From: Nitrospirota bacterium
GTDB taxonomy: Bacteria; Nitrospirota; UBA9217
DNA: 64,000 nucleotides
Assembly (NCBI GenBank): GCA_963840455.1
Contig: CAWIYV010000009.1
Span: forward strand, 256,001 to 320,000
Reading direction: 5' to 3'
In this document: positions 51,001 through 59,899 of the stretch, piece after piece
Layout: every line of letters starts with the position of its first letter
How positions within the stretch are numbered: the stretch's first letter is position 1
Notes under the pieces: generated by a model
What the model saw: only the letters and a program-made list of their open reading frames with translations
What the model was told of the DNA's origin: nothing
Databases searched by the model: none
Position numbers and translations under genes: made by a program

Positions 51001-51526
51001 GGTCACACCGGCCACGGGATATACGGCCGCGGTGGGCGGGACCTGCGGCGGAACGCTGGTCGGCACAACGTACACGACGAACGCGATCACGGCAAACTGC
51101 ACGGTAGCGGCGACCTTCGCGATCAACACCTTCACGGTCTCGACATCGGCTCCTGCGGCCGAGGGGAAGTTCACACCGGCATCGCAGGTGGTGAACTACG
51201 GCAGTACCACGACTTTTACGGTCGATGCTAAAAGCCTGTACTATATTACGTCCGTGAGCGGTTGCGGCGGAACGCCATTCAACAACACCGACCCCACGGT
51301 GCTGACGTATCAGTACACAACAGGTGCGATTTCAGCGGACTGCACGGTAACCGCAACCTACGACCTCGTCACCGCCGCGCTCGTCGGTGCCACGCAGGGG
51401 ATCGGGTTCGGGAGCCTCGGCGCGATGTCTTTCCTCTTGAACCACAAGCTGTTCGGCAATCTGTTCAGGCGGAGGCGCAAACAGAATGGCAGCCGCGACA
51501 ACCTTTCAAAAAAGGTTCGCGATTAA
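45077..51526 (+). CDS. Giant Ig-repeat surface lipoprotein (3x SbsA/Big_5-like, many Big_3-like repeats, InlB-B-like repeats, hydrophobic/basic C-terminal tail)
   Basis: Lipobox-like FLTTC; PPTVLATTP..VKITFSEEMDP; 92-aa repeats TTTVVTSN.NPS..G.SV.FTATV..ATGTVTF.DG..LG..HSITAAYGGNANF; tail GIGFGSLGAMSFLL..FRRRRK. Confidence 0.85.
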   Translation: MMTRHNTTMRKAAVIAMLVMSMAPFLTTCGRGAPPPKEDFIPPTVLATTPQDGFMEFPVGDAVKITFSEEMDPATINAQTIVLTSSTGTGPVSGSVLYGNATAVFQAAQPLEEGTLHTVTISAKVADKSGNFMGRDYSFSFVTQLYPSVLSTVPGDSGVNVPVNQNFSITFSKQINPLTLNFSLVSDRTGTIPLNSPTTSDSRNFLIIPNVPPRNWLDPDTRYTAKVSAGVEDYKYPVPNIMQQDYIWSFTTGSAPDSTPPQVHVTDPDNGAVEVSVTPMIQVVFSEALSTSSTPTLKLFSAGTNTILCSRVTSTDTKYFDYLVQPAVPQLNYFKQYTATVSSAGIMDTSGNPMTGDYSWTFTTVRASTTTSISVPDPVPFGNVNVTVTVLSSAGTPTPTGNVTLSTAPSPTVSLTQPLNSSGVAVFTITNPSVSVYHTLNATYSQQGIFSASAAASGFSVGAAGSTTAVASSSPTSTFNNSVTFTATVTPPAATGSVTFYDNGIWLGSDDTLFNGTAVYSTATLTTGIHAITARYNGDGNYGPSTSPAITQTVNRAATTTVVTSSPNPSEFNAATTFTATITSTETGTVTFKDGATVLGTGIMSGSQAVFSTSVLSVGTHTITATYGGSANYAGSTSANYIHTVSKIQTTTSINVPANNPYSNVTVTVNVMSSFGTPTTGNMTLSTAPFPTMSQTLPLNISGSAVFTIPTPSVNIYHTLNATYVPLASSVYAGSNGSGGFSVGAAGSTTAVTSSSPTSTFGASVTFTATVTPTAATGTVTFYDSGSTWLGTGALAAGTATFSTSALVAGSHTITAVYQGDGNYAGSTSPGIIQTVNPTATTTAVTSSSPTSTFGAPVTFTAAVTPTAATGTVTFSDGATVLGTGSLSGGIATFSTAALAVGPHSITAAYGGIANYAASTSAAITQAVGLAPTQTFVTSNPNPSIFGDSVIFTATVSETVSAATATGTVTFRDGATVLGTSTLSGSSATFSTAALAVGPHSITAAYGGNANFGASTSSPITQYVSNAATTTVVTSNLNPSTYGVSVTLTSTVTPSTATGTVTFSDGATVLGTGSLSGGIATFSTAALAGGPHSITAVYGGNANFAASTSAPITQTVNPAATTTVVTSNSNPSAFGAPVIFTATVSAPTATGTVTFSDGGVVLGTGSLSGGIATFSTAALAGGPHSITAAYGGNANFGASTSAPITQNVNLAATTTVVTSNLNPSAFGASVIFTATVSAPTATGTVTFSDGATVLGTGSLSGGTATFSTATLAFGAHSITAAYGGNANFAASTSAPITQNVNLAATTTVVTSSLNPSTYGASVIFTATVSAPTATGTVTFSDGATVLGTGSLSGGTATFSTAALAGGPHSITAAYGGNANFGASTSAPITQTVNPAATTTVVTSNLNPSTYGAAVIFMATVSAPTATGTVTFSDGATVLGTGSLSGGTATFSTAALAGGPHSITAAYGGSANFGASTSPSITQTVNPAATTTVVTSNSNPSAFGASVTFTATVSASTATGTVTFRDGATVLGTGNLSGGTATFSTAALAVGPHVITAAYGGNANFAASTSADITQNVSNAATTTVVTSNPNPSTYGASVVFTATVTPSTATGTVTFRDGATDIGIGTLSGGTATFATASLGGGVHSIRAVYSGDTSYIASTSSPLAQEVDPAATTTVVTSSLNPSTYGASVTLTSTVTPSTATGTVTFKDGATVLGTGSLSGGTATFSTAALAVGPHSITAAYGGSANFTTSTSAPITQTVNPATTTTVVTSNSNPSTYGASVTFTATVTPSTATGTVTFNDGAAVLGTGSLSAGIATFSTAALAGGAHSITAAYGGSTNFTTSTSAAITQTVNPAVTTTVVASNLNPSASGASVTFTATVSAPAATGSLTFYVDATVLGTGSLSGGQASLTTSLLPVGPHSITAAYGGNANFAPSTSTPITQNVNPVVTPSAGTNGAISPNTPQTVNHGSTTVFTVTPATGYTAAVGGTCGGTLVGTTYTTNAITANCTVAATFAINTFTVSTSAPAAEGKFTPASQVVNYGSTTTFTVDAKSLYYITSVSGCGGTPFNNTDPTVLTYQYTTGAISADCTVTATYDLVTAALVGATQGIGFGSLGAMSFLLNHKLFGNLFRRRRKQNGSRDNLSKKVRD
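47310..50910 (+). repeat. Intragenic tandem Big_3-like repeats, ~276-bp period
   Basis: Antisense shadow ORFs recur exactly 276 bp apart (48091, 48367, 48643, 48919, 49195, 49471, 49747). Confidence 0.9.
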
Positions 51527-51609
51527 ACATCCGCATGACCCTGCTCCACGGGGAGCGGAAACCGGTCCGGTCCGACGAATAAACACCGGTATGGCCTCAT
51601 GAAGGCCCA

Positions 51610-52770
51610 ATGTTCGGCAGGGAGGACCTTACTATGAGAGAGTCCACAATGTTCAAAACGGATGATACGACACGGACCTACACCGATCTCATGCTTGATC
51701 AGGAGTTCGGGTTATACGTCGCCGAGTACTTCCATCTGACCCTTTACCAGGAGCGGAAGCGGCGGGAGCGGTCCAAGCGGAGCATGTACCTTATGCTGAT
51801 CGACCTCATGCGGATCCCCGAGGAAGAGCAGGGCGCGGCGGTCAGAACGATCTCCCAAAGACTCTCGGCGCTGACGCGGGAGACCGATATCAAGGGCTGG
51901 TACAGCGTAAGCCAGGTCATCGGGGTGATCTTTACGGAGTTCAATGTCTTCGACAAACAGGCGGTGTTGAACAAGATTAAGAACGATCTTGAGCGCAACC
52001 TCCCTCCGGACGAGGTGAAGATCATTGATTTCTCGATCCATGAGTTTCCCCAGGAGAGCGACCGGTGTGAACTTCCAGAGTATCAAGTTCTCTATCCCGA
52101 AGTGAAGAAGAAATACGCTGCGAAGGGGGGGCCATTCCTCGTCAAACGGATCATCGACATCGTGGGGAGCCTCGTGGGATTGATCCTTTTCTCACCGTTC
52201 TTTCTGGCGATCCCGGTCCTGATAAAAGCAACATCGCGGGGACCGGTCCTGTTCCGGCAGCAGCGTGTGGGGCTCTATGGAAAGAAGTTCATGTTCCTCA
52301 AGTTCAGGACGATGTACGTGGGCAATGATCCACGCGTGCATGAGGAATATGTCAAGAAGCTGATCGCAGGGAAGATCGAAGCGGAGGGCGGCGACGGCGC
52401 ATCGCAGAAGCCTGTTTACAAGATCACGAACGACAAGCGTGTCACTCCCATCGGAGAGCTGCTCCGCAAGACAAGCCTGGACGAGCTGCCGCAGTTCATC
52501 AACGTGCTGCTCGGCGACATGTCGCTCGTGGGACCGCGTCCGCCGATCCCCTACGAAGTGCAGAACTATGATATATGGCACCGTTGCCGTGTAGTCGAGG
52601 TGAAGCCCGGGATCACCGGACTCTGGCAGGTCATGGGAAGGAGCACGACGAGCTTCGACGAGATGGTCAGGCTCGATATCAAATACTCACGGGAATGGTC
52701 GCTCTGGCTGGACCTCAAGATCATCGTCATGACGCCTTGGTCGGTGATCAAGGGCAAAGGGGCTTACTAA
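51610..52770 (+). CDS. Priming sugar (polyprenyl-P glycosyl-1-P) transferase with N-terminal degenerate GGDEF-like domain
   Basis: [60 protein letters not shown]; N-terminus [25 protein letters not shown]. Confidence 0.92.
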   Translation: MFGREDLTMRESTMFKTDDTTRTYTDLMLDQEFGLYVAEYFHLTLYQERKRRERSKRSMYLMLIDLMRIPEEEQGAAVRTISQRLSALTRETDIKGWYSVSQVIGVIFTEFNVFDKQAVLNKIKNDLERNLPPDEVKIIDFSIHEFPQESDRCELPEYQVLYPEVKKKYAAKGGPFLVKRIIDIVGSLVGLILFSPFFLAIPVLIKATSRGPVLFRQQRVGLYGKKFMFLKFRTMYVGNDPRVHEEYVKKLIAGKIEAEGGDGASQKPVYKITNDKRVTPIGELLRKTSLDELPQFINVLLGDMSLVGPRPPIPYEVQNYDIWHRCRVVEVKPGITGLWQVMGRSTTSFDEMVRLDIKYSREWSLWLDLKIIVMTPWSVIKGKGAY

Positions 52771-52800
52771 CGTAAGTATATTCTGAGAGAGGTGAGAACC

Positions 52801-53802
52801 ATGATCAATATCGGCGTAATAGGGTACGGCTACTGGGGGCCGAACATCGTACGGAATTTCAGCAGCCTGGAAGGCGCGGAGGTGCGGTCCGTCTGCGACA
52901 TGAATCTCCCGTTGCTGAACCGGGTCCGCAAAGCATATCCGCAGATCAAAACGACCCAGGATTGCGGCGACATCCTCGACGCTCCGGACATCGACGCCGT
53001 CGCGGTCATCACGCCGGTATCGAGCCATTATGAGCTCGCGAAGCGCGCGCTCCTGAACGGCAAGCACGTCTTTGTCGAAAAGCCCTTCACGGCCACGATC
53101 GCACAGGCCGAAGAGCTGATCGAGATCGCCGAGCGGAAGAACCTCACGATCATGGTCGACCATACGTTCATCTTCACGGGAGCGGTGCGAAAGATCAAAC
53201 GGCTGATCGAGGAGAAGTCTCTGGGCGATCTGTATTACTATGATTCTGTCCGTGTGAACCTCGGGCTTTTCCAGAGCGATGTGAACGTCGTCTGGGACCT
53301 CGCACCCCACGATTTTGCGGTCATGGACTTCCTGATCGACGAAAAGCCGGCCGCCGTGGCCGCCTGCGGAAAGGCACATGTGAACGGGCTTGAGGACACG
53401 GCCTATATCACGGTGCAATTTAACAACAATATGATAGCCCACTTCAACGTCAACTGGCTTTCCCCGGTCAAGGTAAGGACGACCCTGATCGGCGGCGAGA
53501 AGAAGATGCTGGTCTGGAACGACCTGGAGGCCGACGAGAAGATCAAGATCTACGACAAGGGCGTCGAGGTCACGAACCGGGAGGGTGTCTACAATCTGCG
53601 CGTGAGCTATCGCTCGGGCGATATGTACGCTCCGAAAGTGGACCAGATCGAGGCGCTGAAGCACGAAACGGAATATTTCCTTGAGTGCATCACAAAAGGC
53701 GAGCGTCCAAAGAACGACGGACATGCCGGGTTGCGCGTGGTGAAGCTGCTTGACGCATGCAACGAGTCGATGAAACGGAACGGGCAGATGGTGAACGTAT
53801 GA
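52801..53802 (+). CDS. Gfo/Idh/MocA NAD-dependent oxidoreductase (nucleotide-sugar 3-dehydrogenase-like)
   Basis: IGVIGYGYWG, HVFVEKP, WDLAPHD. Confidence 0.9.
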   Translation: MINIGVIGYGYWGPNIVRNFSSLEGAEVRSVCDMNLPLLNRVRKAYPQIKTTQDCGDILDAPDIDAVAVITPVSSHYELAKRALLNGKHVFVEKPFTATIAQAEELIEIAERKNLTIMVDHTFIFTGAVRKIKRLIEEKSLGDLYYYDSVRVNLGLFQSDVNVVWDLAPHDFAVMDFLIDEKPAAVAACGKAHVNGLEDTAYITVQFNNNMIAHFNVNWLSPVKVRTTLIGGEKKMLVWNDLEADEKIKIYDKGVEVTNREGVYNLRVSYRSGDMYAPKVDQIEALKHETEYFLECITKGERPKNDGHAGLRVVKLLDACNESMKRNGQMVNV

Positions 53803-54278
53803 CCTATCTCTGCGTAGCCGATGACGTGAAGCTCGGTGCGAATGTCAAGCTGGCCAAGTTCATCAACCTCTACGGCTGCACCATCGGGGACAATACAAAG
53901 ATCGGGACGTTCGTGGAAGTGCAGAAGAACGCTCATATCGGCAGGAATTGCAAGATCCAGAGCCATACGTTCATATGCGAGGGCGTGACTATCGCGGACG
54001 ATGTATTCATCGGGCACGGGGTGACGTTCGTCAACGACAAATACCCCCGGTCCACGAACGGGACCGGCTCCCTGCAGAGCGAGGAGGACTGGAAGGTCTC
54101 CCCGACGATCGTCGAACAGGGCGCCTCCGTCGGTTCGGGTGCCACGATACTCTGCAATGTGACCATCGGCGAGAGGGCCATCGTCGGCTCGGGCAGCGTG
54201 GTCACCCGGGATGTGCCGCCCTACACTATTGTTGCCGGAAATCCTGCGCGGATCATAAGGAGGATCAGTCATGAATAA
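53799..54278 (+). CDS. Hexapeptide-repeat N-acetyltransferase (WbpD/WlbB-like)
   Basis: IGDNTKIGTFVEVQ..IGRNCKIQSHTFICEGV..VVTRDVPP..AGNPAR. Confidence 0.9.
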   Translation: MTYLCVADDVKLGANVKLAKFINLYGCTIGDNTKIGTFVEVQKNAHIGRNCKIQSHTFICEGVTIADDVFIGHGVTFVNDKYPRSTNGTGSLQSEEDWKVSPTIVEQGASVGSGATILCNVTIGERAIVGSGSVVTRDVPPYTIVAGNPARIIRRISHE

Positions 54279-55491
54279 TCACGTACCGTTCCTTGATCTC
54301 ATCACGCCCCAACTCGAGGATGAGGAGGCATTGATCGGCGTCTGCCGGGAGGCCCTGCATACCGGGAGGTTCATCGGCGGGCCCATGGTGGAGGAGTTCG
54401 AGAAGCAGTTCGCGGCGTTCTGTGATACGAAATACTGTGTCGGTGTCGGGAGCGGCACCGACGCGCTTCGGTTCGGCCTGATCGCAGCAGGGATCCGGCA
54501 GGAAGATATTGTGATCACGGTCCCGAACACGTTCATTGCCACCACGGAGGCGATCTCCCAGGCAGGCGCCTACCCGGCGTTCGTCGATATCGACCCGCTG
54601 ACCAGCACGATGGACCCGAAACGGCTGCGGCAGTACCTGGAGACACAGTGTGAGAGCAGGCCGGGGACCGGCGAGACCATTCACCGGAAGACCGGCCGCC
54701 GGGTGTCCTGTGTCATACCGGTGCATCTGTACGGGCAGACAGCCGACATGGATGCGATCCGGGAGATCAGCGACCAGTATCGCCTGATCGTCATCGAGGA
54801 CGCATGCCAGGCCCATGGCGCGAAATATTATTCGAAGCGGGACGGACAGTGGACAAAAGCCGGCAGCATGGGAATCGCGGCCGCGTTCAGCTTCTATCCG
54901 GGTAAGAACCTCGGCGCTTGCGGAGAGGCAGGCGCGCTCACCACGGACAACGAAGAGCTTGCCAGTAAGGTCCGGATGCTGCGCGACCACGGCCAGGCGC
55001 AGAAATACATCCATGACATGGAAGGGTACAACGGGCGTCTGGATGCCATCCAGGCAGGGTTCCTCCAGGTCAAGCTGAAGCGGCTGAACGCCTGGAACGA
55101 GCTGCGCAGGCGACATGCCGATCGATATACAACCCTGCTGAAGGACCTCGATGGGGTCATGACGCCCGTTGAACCGGAAAATTGCAGGGGCGTCTACCAC
55201 CTCTACGTTATCCAGACGAAAGAGCGGGACGCGCTCCAGAAATTCCTGTTGGAACGGAACATCGTCACCGGCCTGCACTATCCCATCCCGTTGCATCTGC
55301 AGAAGGCATATGCCGGGTATGGCTTCTCCAAGGGCGATTATCCGGTTGCCGAGGCCGTATCCCGCGAGATCCTCTCCCTTCCAATGTTCCCCGGCCTGAC
55401 CGAACAGCAGCAGGACCGCGTCATCGAGGGAATGCGCGCGTTCCGCCCTATCGCTGCGTCGACAAGGCCGGAGATGTCTGCTCAGAGGTGA
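54271..55491 (+). CDS. DegT/DnrJ/EryC1/StrS aminotransferase
   Basis: VPFLDL, SGTDAL, PVHLYGQ, EDACQAHG, FSFYPGKNLGACGEAG, LSLPMFP. Confidence 0.95.
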   Translation: MNNHVPFLDLITPQLEDEEALIGVCREALHTGRFIGGPMVEEFEKQFAAFCDTKYCVGVGSGTDALRFGLIAAGIRQEDIVITVPNTFIATTEAISQAGAYPAFVDIDPLTSTMDPKRLRQYLETQCESRPGTGETIHRKTGRRVSCVIPVHLYGQTADMDAIREISDQYRLIVIEDACQAHGAKYYSKRDGQWTKAGSMGIAAAFSFYPGKNLGACGEAGALTTDNEELASKVRMLRDHGQAQKYIHDMEGYNGRLDAIQAGFLQVKLKRLNAWNELRRRHADRYTTLLKDLDGVMTPVEPENCRGVYHLYVIQTKERDALQKFLLERNIVTGLHYPIPLHLQKAYAGYGFSKGDYPVAEAVSREILSLPMFPGLTEQQQDRVIEGMRAFRPIAASTRPEMSAQR

Positions 55492-55569
55492 AGGTGCCAG
55501 AGGTCATGGCGCTCGGCGCGACAGGCGTGTCCCTGCCGGACGGCGGAAGCCACAGAAAGGGAGCCGAAC

Positions 55570-56343
55570 ATGGATAACCAGACTGAACATACGGTCGAAC
55601 CGGCACTTCAGCAGGAACTGATGCTGAAGCTGATCACCAAGGGATTCTATCGTGAACTGATCAACTACGGCATAGCGAAGAAAGGTGTCATTACGGTCTC
55701 GTCCTATCTGCTCGAGTACCTGATGAAAGACCTGAAGAATCCCAGCACGAACAACGGGGACGGCTACTACCATCATCTGTTCTCGATCAAGAACGTTCAT
55801 GATGACTTGAAGAACGGCCTGGGGTTGAGTATCCAGGATGTCAGCATCACCCCGCTGCGTCCCGAATTGTACGGACAGGTCGCCCTGTGGCTGGCCGATC
55901 CCGCGATCAGGGATAGCTTCGTTTCGCCGTTTCCCGATTCGGCACAGGAACTGGAGAGGTATTTTTCACAGCCGTGCCGCGAGTATTTCACGATCCAGTA
56001 CAACAATAAACCTGTCGGGGTGATCGGCGCGGACTCAATCGATGAGCGTTCGCGCAAGCTGGAAATGAAGAAGTGCATCGGCACTATGGACCTCCAGGGT
56101 CGGGGAATCGGCAAGGCCGCGACATTCCTGTTCCTCTACTACGCATTCGTTGTGATGAACTATGACAAGGTGTTTATCCACTCGGGCGACACCAATATCC
56201 GGAACATCATCCTGAACAGCAAGTTCGGATTCGAGCTCGAAGGCATTTTTTTCAGCGATGTCGTTGTAGGGACCGCCAGGAAGGACGTGGTGCGCATGGG
56301 GCTTCTCAGGCCGCAATGGTTGGAGATCTTTTCCGGTGATTGA
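55570..56343 (+). CDS. GNAT (RimJ/RimL-like) N-acetyltransferase with N-terminal extension
   Basis: QGRGIGKAA..N.RNI.LNSKFGFELEG. Confidence 0.75.
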   Translation: MDNQTEHTVEPALQQELMLKLITKGFYRELINYGIAKKGVITVSSYLLEYLMKDLKNPSTNNGDGYYHHLFSIKNVHDDLKNGLGLSIQDVSITPLRPELYGQVALWLADPAIRDSFVSPFPDSAQELERYFSQPCREYFTIQYNNKPVGVIGADSIDERSRKLEMKKCIGTMDLQGRGIGKAATFLFLYYAFVVMNYDKVFIHSGDTNIRNIILNSKFGFELEGIFFSDVVVGTARKDVVRMGLLRPQWLEIFSGD

Positions 56344-57391
56344 CCGCGTTGAGAACAGCGGCATCCGGATCCTCGACCCGCTCCATGACCCTGACTGGGA
56401 CGAGCGTATCCGCGCGCATGAAACGGCGTCGATCTTTATGACGTCGAGCTGGGCGCGGGTGCTTGCCGATTCCTACGGGTATCAACCCCGGTATTTCGGC
56501 GAGGTCCGAAACGGGGTTCTTGCCGCGCTGATGCCCTTCATGGAGGTGAGCAGCATCCTGACGGGAAAACGGGGCGTATCGCTGCCGTTCACCGACCAGT
56601 GCGAGCCGATCACGTCCAGCGTGACCGGGTTTCAGGATGTCCTCGACAGCGTCATTGATCACGGAAAGCGATCGGGGTGGAACTACCTGGAGCTGCGGCC
56701 GGGGACCGGTCTTGCTTCCCCGGCGCCGCCTTCGACGGTCTGCTGCGGACACGTGCTCGATCTCACGCCCGGTCCCGATCAGCTCTTTCGAGGCCTCCGG
56801 GACAGCACGCGTCGGAACATAAAACGAGCGCAGCACGCCGGCGTCACGGTGACCGTCAGCAGTACGGCAGAGGGTCTCCTGGAGTTCTGCCGCCTGAACT
56901 GCATGACGAGACGCGAGCACGGTCTTCCGCCGCAGCCTGCGAAGTTCTTCGGGAACATCCACCGGCATGTGCTTGCGAAAGGGCACGGCATGGTGGTCCT
57001 TGCATCCTCCGGCGGACGCACGATCGCCGGTGCGGTCTATTTTCACTTCGGCAGGAATGCCGTGTATAAATACGGGGCTTCGGACCGGCGCCATCAGAAT
57101 CTCCGTGCCAACAACCTGGTCATGTGGGAAGCGATCCGGCGCTACGCCGCCGAAGGCCTCCGGGTGTTCGACTTCGGCCGAACCGAGCCCGGGAACGAGG
57201 GGTTGCTCCAGTTCAAGCGGGGATGGGGGGCTGTGGAACGACCGGTCAACTATTACCGGTATGATCTGCGGCGGGATGAGTTCGTGACCAGCCACCTCGC
57301 CGTGGCCGGTGCGCATACGGCCTACTTCCGGCACATGCCGATGCCGCTGCTCAAGCTGGCGGGAACACTATTGTACCGGCACATGGGATAG
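56336..57391 (+). CDS. FemAB-like GNAT protein
   Basis: WDE..H..ASIF..W; VSLPFTD; RRNIKRA; ANNLVMWEAI..FDFGRT..GLLQFKRGWG. Confidence 0.85.
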   Translation: MIDRVENSGIRILDPLHDPDWDERIRAHETASIFMTSSWARVLADSYGYQPRYFGEVRNGVLAALMPFMEVSSILTGKRGVSLPFTDQCEPITSSVTGFQDVLDSVIDHGKRSGWNYLELRPGTGLASPAPPSTVCCGHVLDLTPGPDQLFRGLRDSTRRNIKRAQHAGVTVTVSSTAEGLLEFCRLNCMTRREHGLPPQPAKFFGNIHRHVLAKGHGMVVLASSGGRTIAGAVYFHFGRNAVYKYGASDRRHQNLRANNLVMWEAIRRYAAEGLRVFDFGRTEPGNEGLLQFKRGWGAVERPVNYYRYDLRRDEFVTSHLAVAGAHTAYFRHMPMPLLKLAGTLLYRHMG

Positions 57392-57416
57392 GACAGGAAC
57401 GACCGATGAGGACGCT

Positions 57417-58400
57417 ATGAAGCTGCGAAACCGGGTATTCTACAGGCTCAAACCCTTGATCCCCCGCGGGGTGCAGCTCTTTCTGAGAAGAAAGATCATC
57501 CAGCATCAGCTGGTGCGCTTCAAGGACGTCTGGCCTATTGATGAACGGGCCGGCGCCGCGCCTGCGGGGTGGTCGGGATGGCCGGAGGGAAAGCGGTTCG
57601 CGCTGGTGCTGACGCACGATGTTGATACTGCGCGCGGGTTCGAACGCTGTCTCGCGCTGGCCGATGTGGAGGAGCGACTGGGGTTCCGGTCATCGTTCAA
57701 TTTCGTGCCATTGCGGTACGCCATCTCCGATGACGTCCTGGCAAAGCTCAAACAGCGGGGATTCGAGCTCGGGGTGCATGGACTGTACCATGACGGCAAG
57801 TATTACGAGACCAAGAAAATCTTCCAGGAGCGCGCCGACAAGATCAACCACTACCTGAAAAAGTGGGGTTCCGCGGGGTACCGGGCTCCCTGCATGCTGC
57901 ACAAGCTGAGCTGGTTCCACGACCTCAATATCGAATACGACACATCGACGTTCGACACCGATCCCTTCGAGCCCAACCCCTGCGGCGCACGGACGATATT
58001 TCCCTTCATCGTCACCTCCGGTGAGACGAAGAATCAATACGTGGAAATGCCCTATACGCTGCCGCAGGACTTCACGCTCTTCATCCTGATGCGAAACCGG
58101 AACATCGATATCTGGCGGCAGAAGCTGGAATGGGTGGTCCGGCACGGTGGCGTGGTGCTGGTGAACACGCATCCTGACTACATGAACATGAACGGACAGG
58201 CGGCCGGGCGGGAGGAGTACCCGGTCCAATTCTACGAGCAGCTTCTGCGTCATATTCAGGAAGAATATCGAGGGCAGTACTGGCATGTCCTTCCCAAGGA
58301 GCTGGCCCGGTACTGGAGGAACACGACGCAGGATGCCCGCCACAATGCCCGTGCATTGTTTTCGCTGGTCCCTGAGTTCAGCGGTTGGGGAGAAGTGTAG
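57417..58400 (+). CDS. Polysaccharide deacetylase-like protein
   Basis: LTHDVD, FELGVHGLYHD, GYRAP, EMPYTLPQD, NTHPDY. Confidence 0.8.
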   Translation: MKLRNRVFYRLKPLIPRGVQLFLRRKIIQHQLVRFKDVWPIDERAGAAPAGWSGWPEGKRFALVLTHDVDTARGFERCLALADVEERLGFRSSFNFVPLRYAISDDVLAKLKQRGFELGVHGLYHDGKYYETKKIFQERADKINHYLKKWGSAGYRAPCMLHKLSWFHDLNIEYDTSTFDTDPFEPNPCGARTIFPFIVTSGETKNQYVEMPYTLPQDFTLFILMRNRNIDIWRQKLEWVVRHGGVVLVNTHPDYMNMNGQAAGREEYPVQFYEQLLRHIQEEYRGQYWHVLPKELARYWRNTTQDARHNARALFSLVPEFSGWGEV

Positions 58401-58438
58401 TGCATTCAAACGAACGACCTATAAGGAGAACAGAGACC

Positions 58439-59899
58439 ATGGGTGATTACAAAGTAGCAATGCAATTCGTAGAACCGAAGACCTATTACGACGGCGCCCC
58501 CTACGATCCGCCGGTGCGCTATCCCGAGTATGAGGGGTCCGGCGTGGACCCGAAGAACCATGTCTACGAGGCCGTTCGGAAAATGTTTTATTCGCTCGGC
58601 CTCGACAGCGCCAATTACAACACCGCGCAGTGGAACCCCTTTGGAGAGATGATCAAGCCGGGGATGACGGTGTTCATCAAGGCGAACACGGTCACCCACG
58701 AGCATAGCCAGAAGAAGGACATCTTCTCGGTGATCGTCCACGCGTCGGTGCTGCGGCCGATCCTCGACTATGTCGTCAAGGCCCTGAAGCACGAAGGGAG
58801 GATCATCGTCGGCGACTCGCAGCTCTACTACTGCGACTTCGACAAGGCGATGAAGGCCTCGCACATCGACAAGCTCCTGACATGGTATGCCGGCACCACC
58901 CGCGTTCCCTTCGAGTGCTACGACATGCGGATGAACCGTGCCGTCCGGACCTGGATGTACGGCCGCTGGGGGCGGGCAAAGGTCGAGCAGGACCCCCGGG
59001 GCTACCGGTTCATCGACCTCAAGGACAAGAGCGCCTTCGAAGGCATCGATCCGAAGCGGCTGCGCATCGCCATCGCGAGCTACAAGAACATGCGGAAGCA
59101 TCACGCGCCGGGAAAGCACCAATACCTCTTCCCGAAGTCCTTCCTCGAGAGCGACGTGGTCATCAGCATCCCCAAGCTCAAGACACACCGGCGGACCGCG
59201 GTGACGATCGCGCTCAAGAACTTCATGGGCCTTCCGGCGCTGAAAGACAGCCTGCCGCATTTCATCACCGGCTCGGTTTCCGAGGGGGGCGACCAGTACA
59301 TCAATCCCTCGCTGCGAAAGTCGATCGGCACCTTCCTGCATGACCAGATCCAGACCATCCCCTTCGTCCCGGTGAAGTTCGTGCTGGCCGTGGCAAAAGC
59401 CGCGCTCTGGAACTCGCGCCGGATCGTCCCCTTCAAGGACGATGTCGCCGAGGCCATGTGGTACGGGAACGACACGCTGTGGCGAACACTGCAGGACCTG
59501 AACAAGGCGGCGGTCTACGCGGACAAGGAAGGCAAGCTTTGCGACACGCCCCAGCGGAAGGTGTTCGTCGTTGTCGACGGCATCATTGCCGGGGAAGGGA
59601 ACGGACCGCTCGCTCCGGATCCCGTCTCGGCGGGTGTGCTGCTCGCGGGGAGCAGCACGGTTACGATCGATGCCGTGGGCGCGACGCTGATGGGATTCGA
59701 TATTGAGCGGATCCCGCTGATCCAAAAGATCCTTGACGGGAACGGCCAGTTGCCTCTGTACGCGGGGACCCGCGAAGATATCGTCGTACTGGACGGGGAC
59801 CAGAAGTACTCCCTCAAGGAGCTGGCGAAGCACCATAACCTTCATTTCGAGCCCCATCCGGGCTGGAAAAATTACGTGGAGCTGAAGGAAGAAAAATGA
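58439..59899 (+). CDS. DUF362 domain-containing protein
   Basis: VFIKAN.V.H; DVVISIPKLKTH..AVTIALKNFMG; VDGIIAGEGNGP..P. Confidence 0.82.
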   Translation: MGDYKVAMQFVEPKTYYDGAPYDPPVRYPEYEGSGVDPKNHVYEAVRKMFYSLGLDSANYNTAQWNPFGEMIKPGMTVFIKANTVTHEHSQKKDIFSVIVHASVLRPILDYVVKALKHEGRIIVGDSQLYYCDFDKAMKASHIDKLLTWYAGTTRVPFECYDMRMNRAVRTWMYGRWGRAKVEQDPRGYRFIDLKDKSAFEGIDPKRLRIAIASYKNMRKHHAPGKHQYLFPKSFLESDVVISIPKLKTHRRTAVTIALKNFMGLPALKDSLPHFITGSVSEGGDQYINPSLRKSIGTFLHDQIQTIPFVPVKFVLAVAKAALWNSRRIVPFKDDVAEAMWYGNDTLWRTLQDLNKAAVYADKEGKLCDTPQRKVFVVVDGIIAGEGNGPLAPDPVSAGVLLAGSSTVTIDAVGATLMGFDIERIPLIQKILDGNGQLPLYAGTREDIVVLDGDQKYSLKELAKHHNLHFEPHPGWKNYVELKEEK

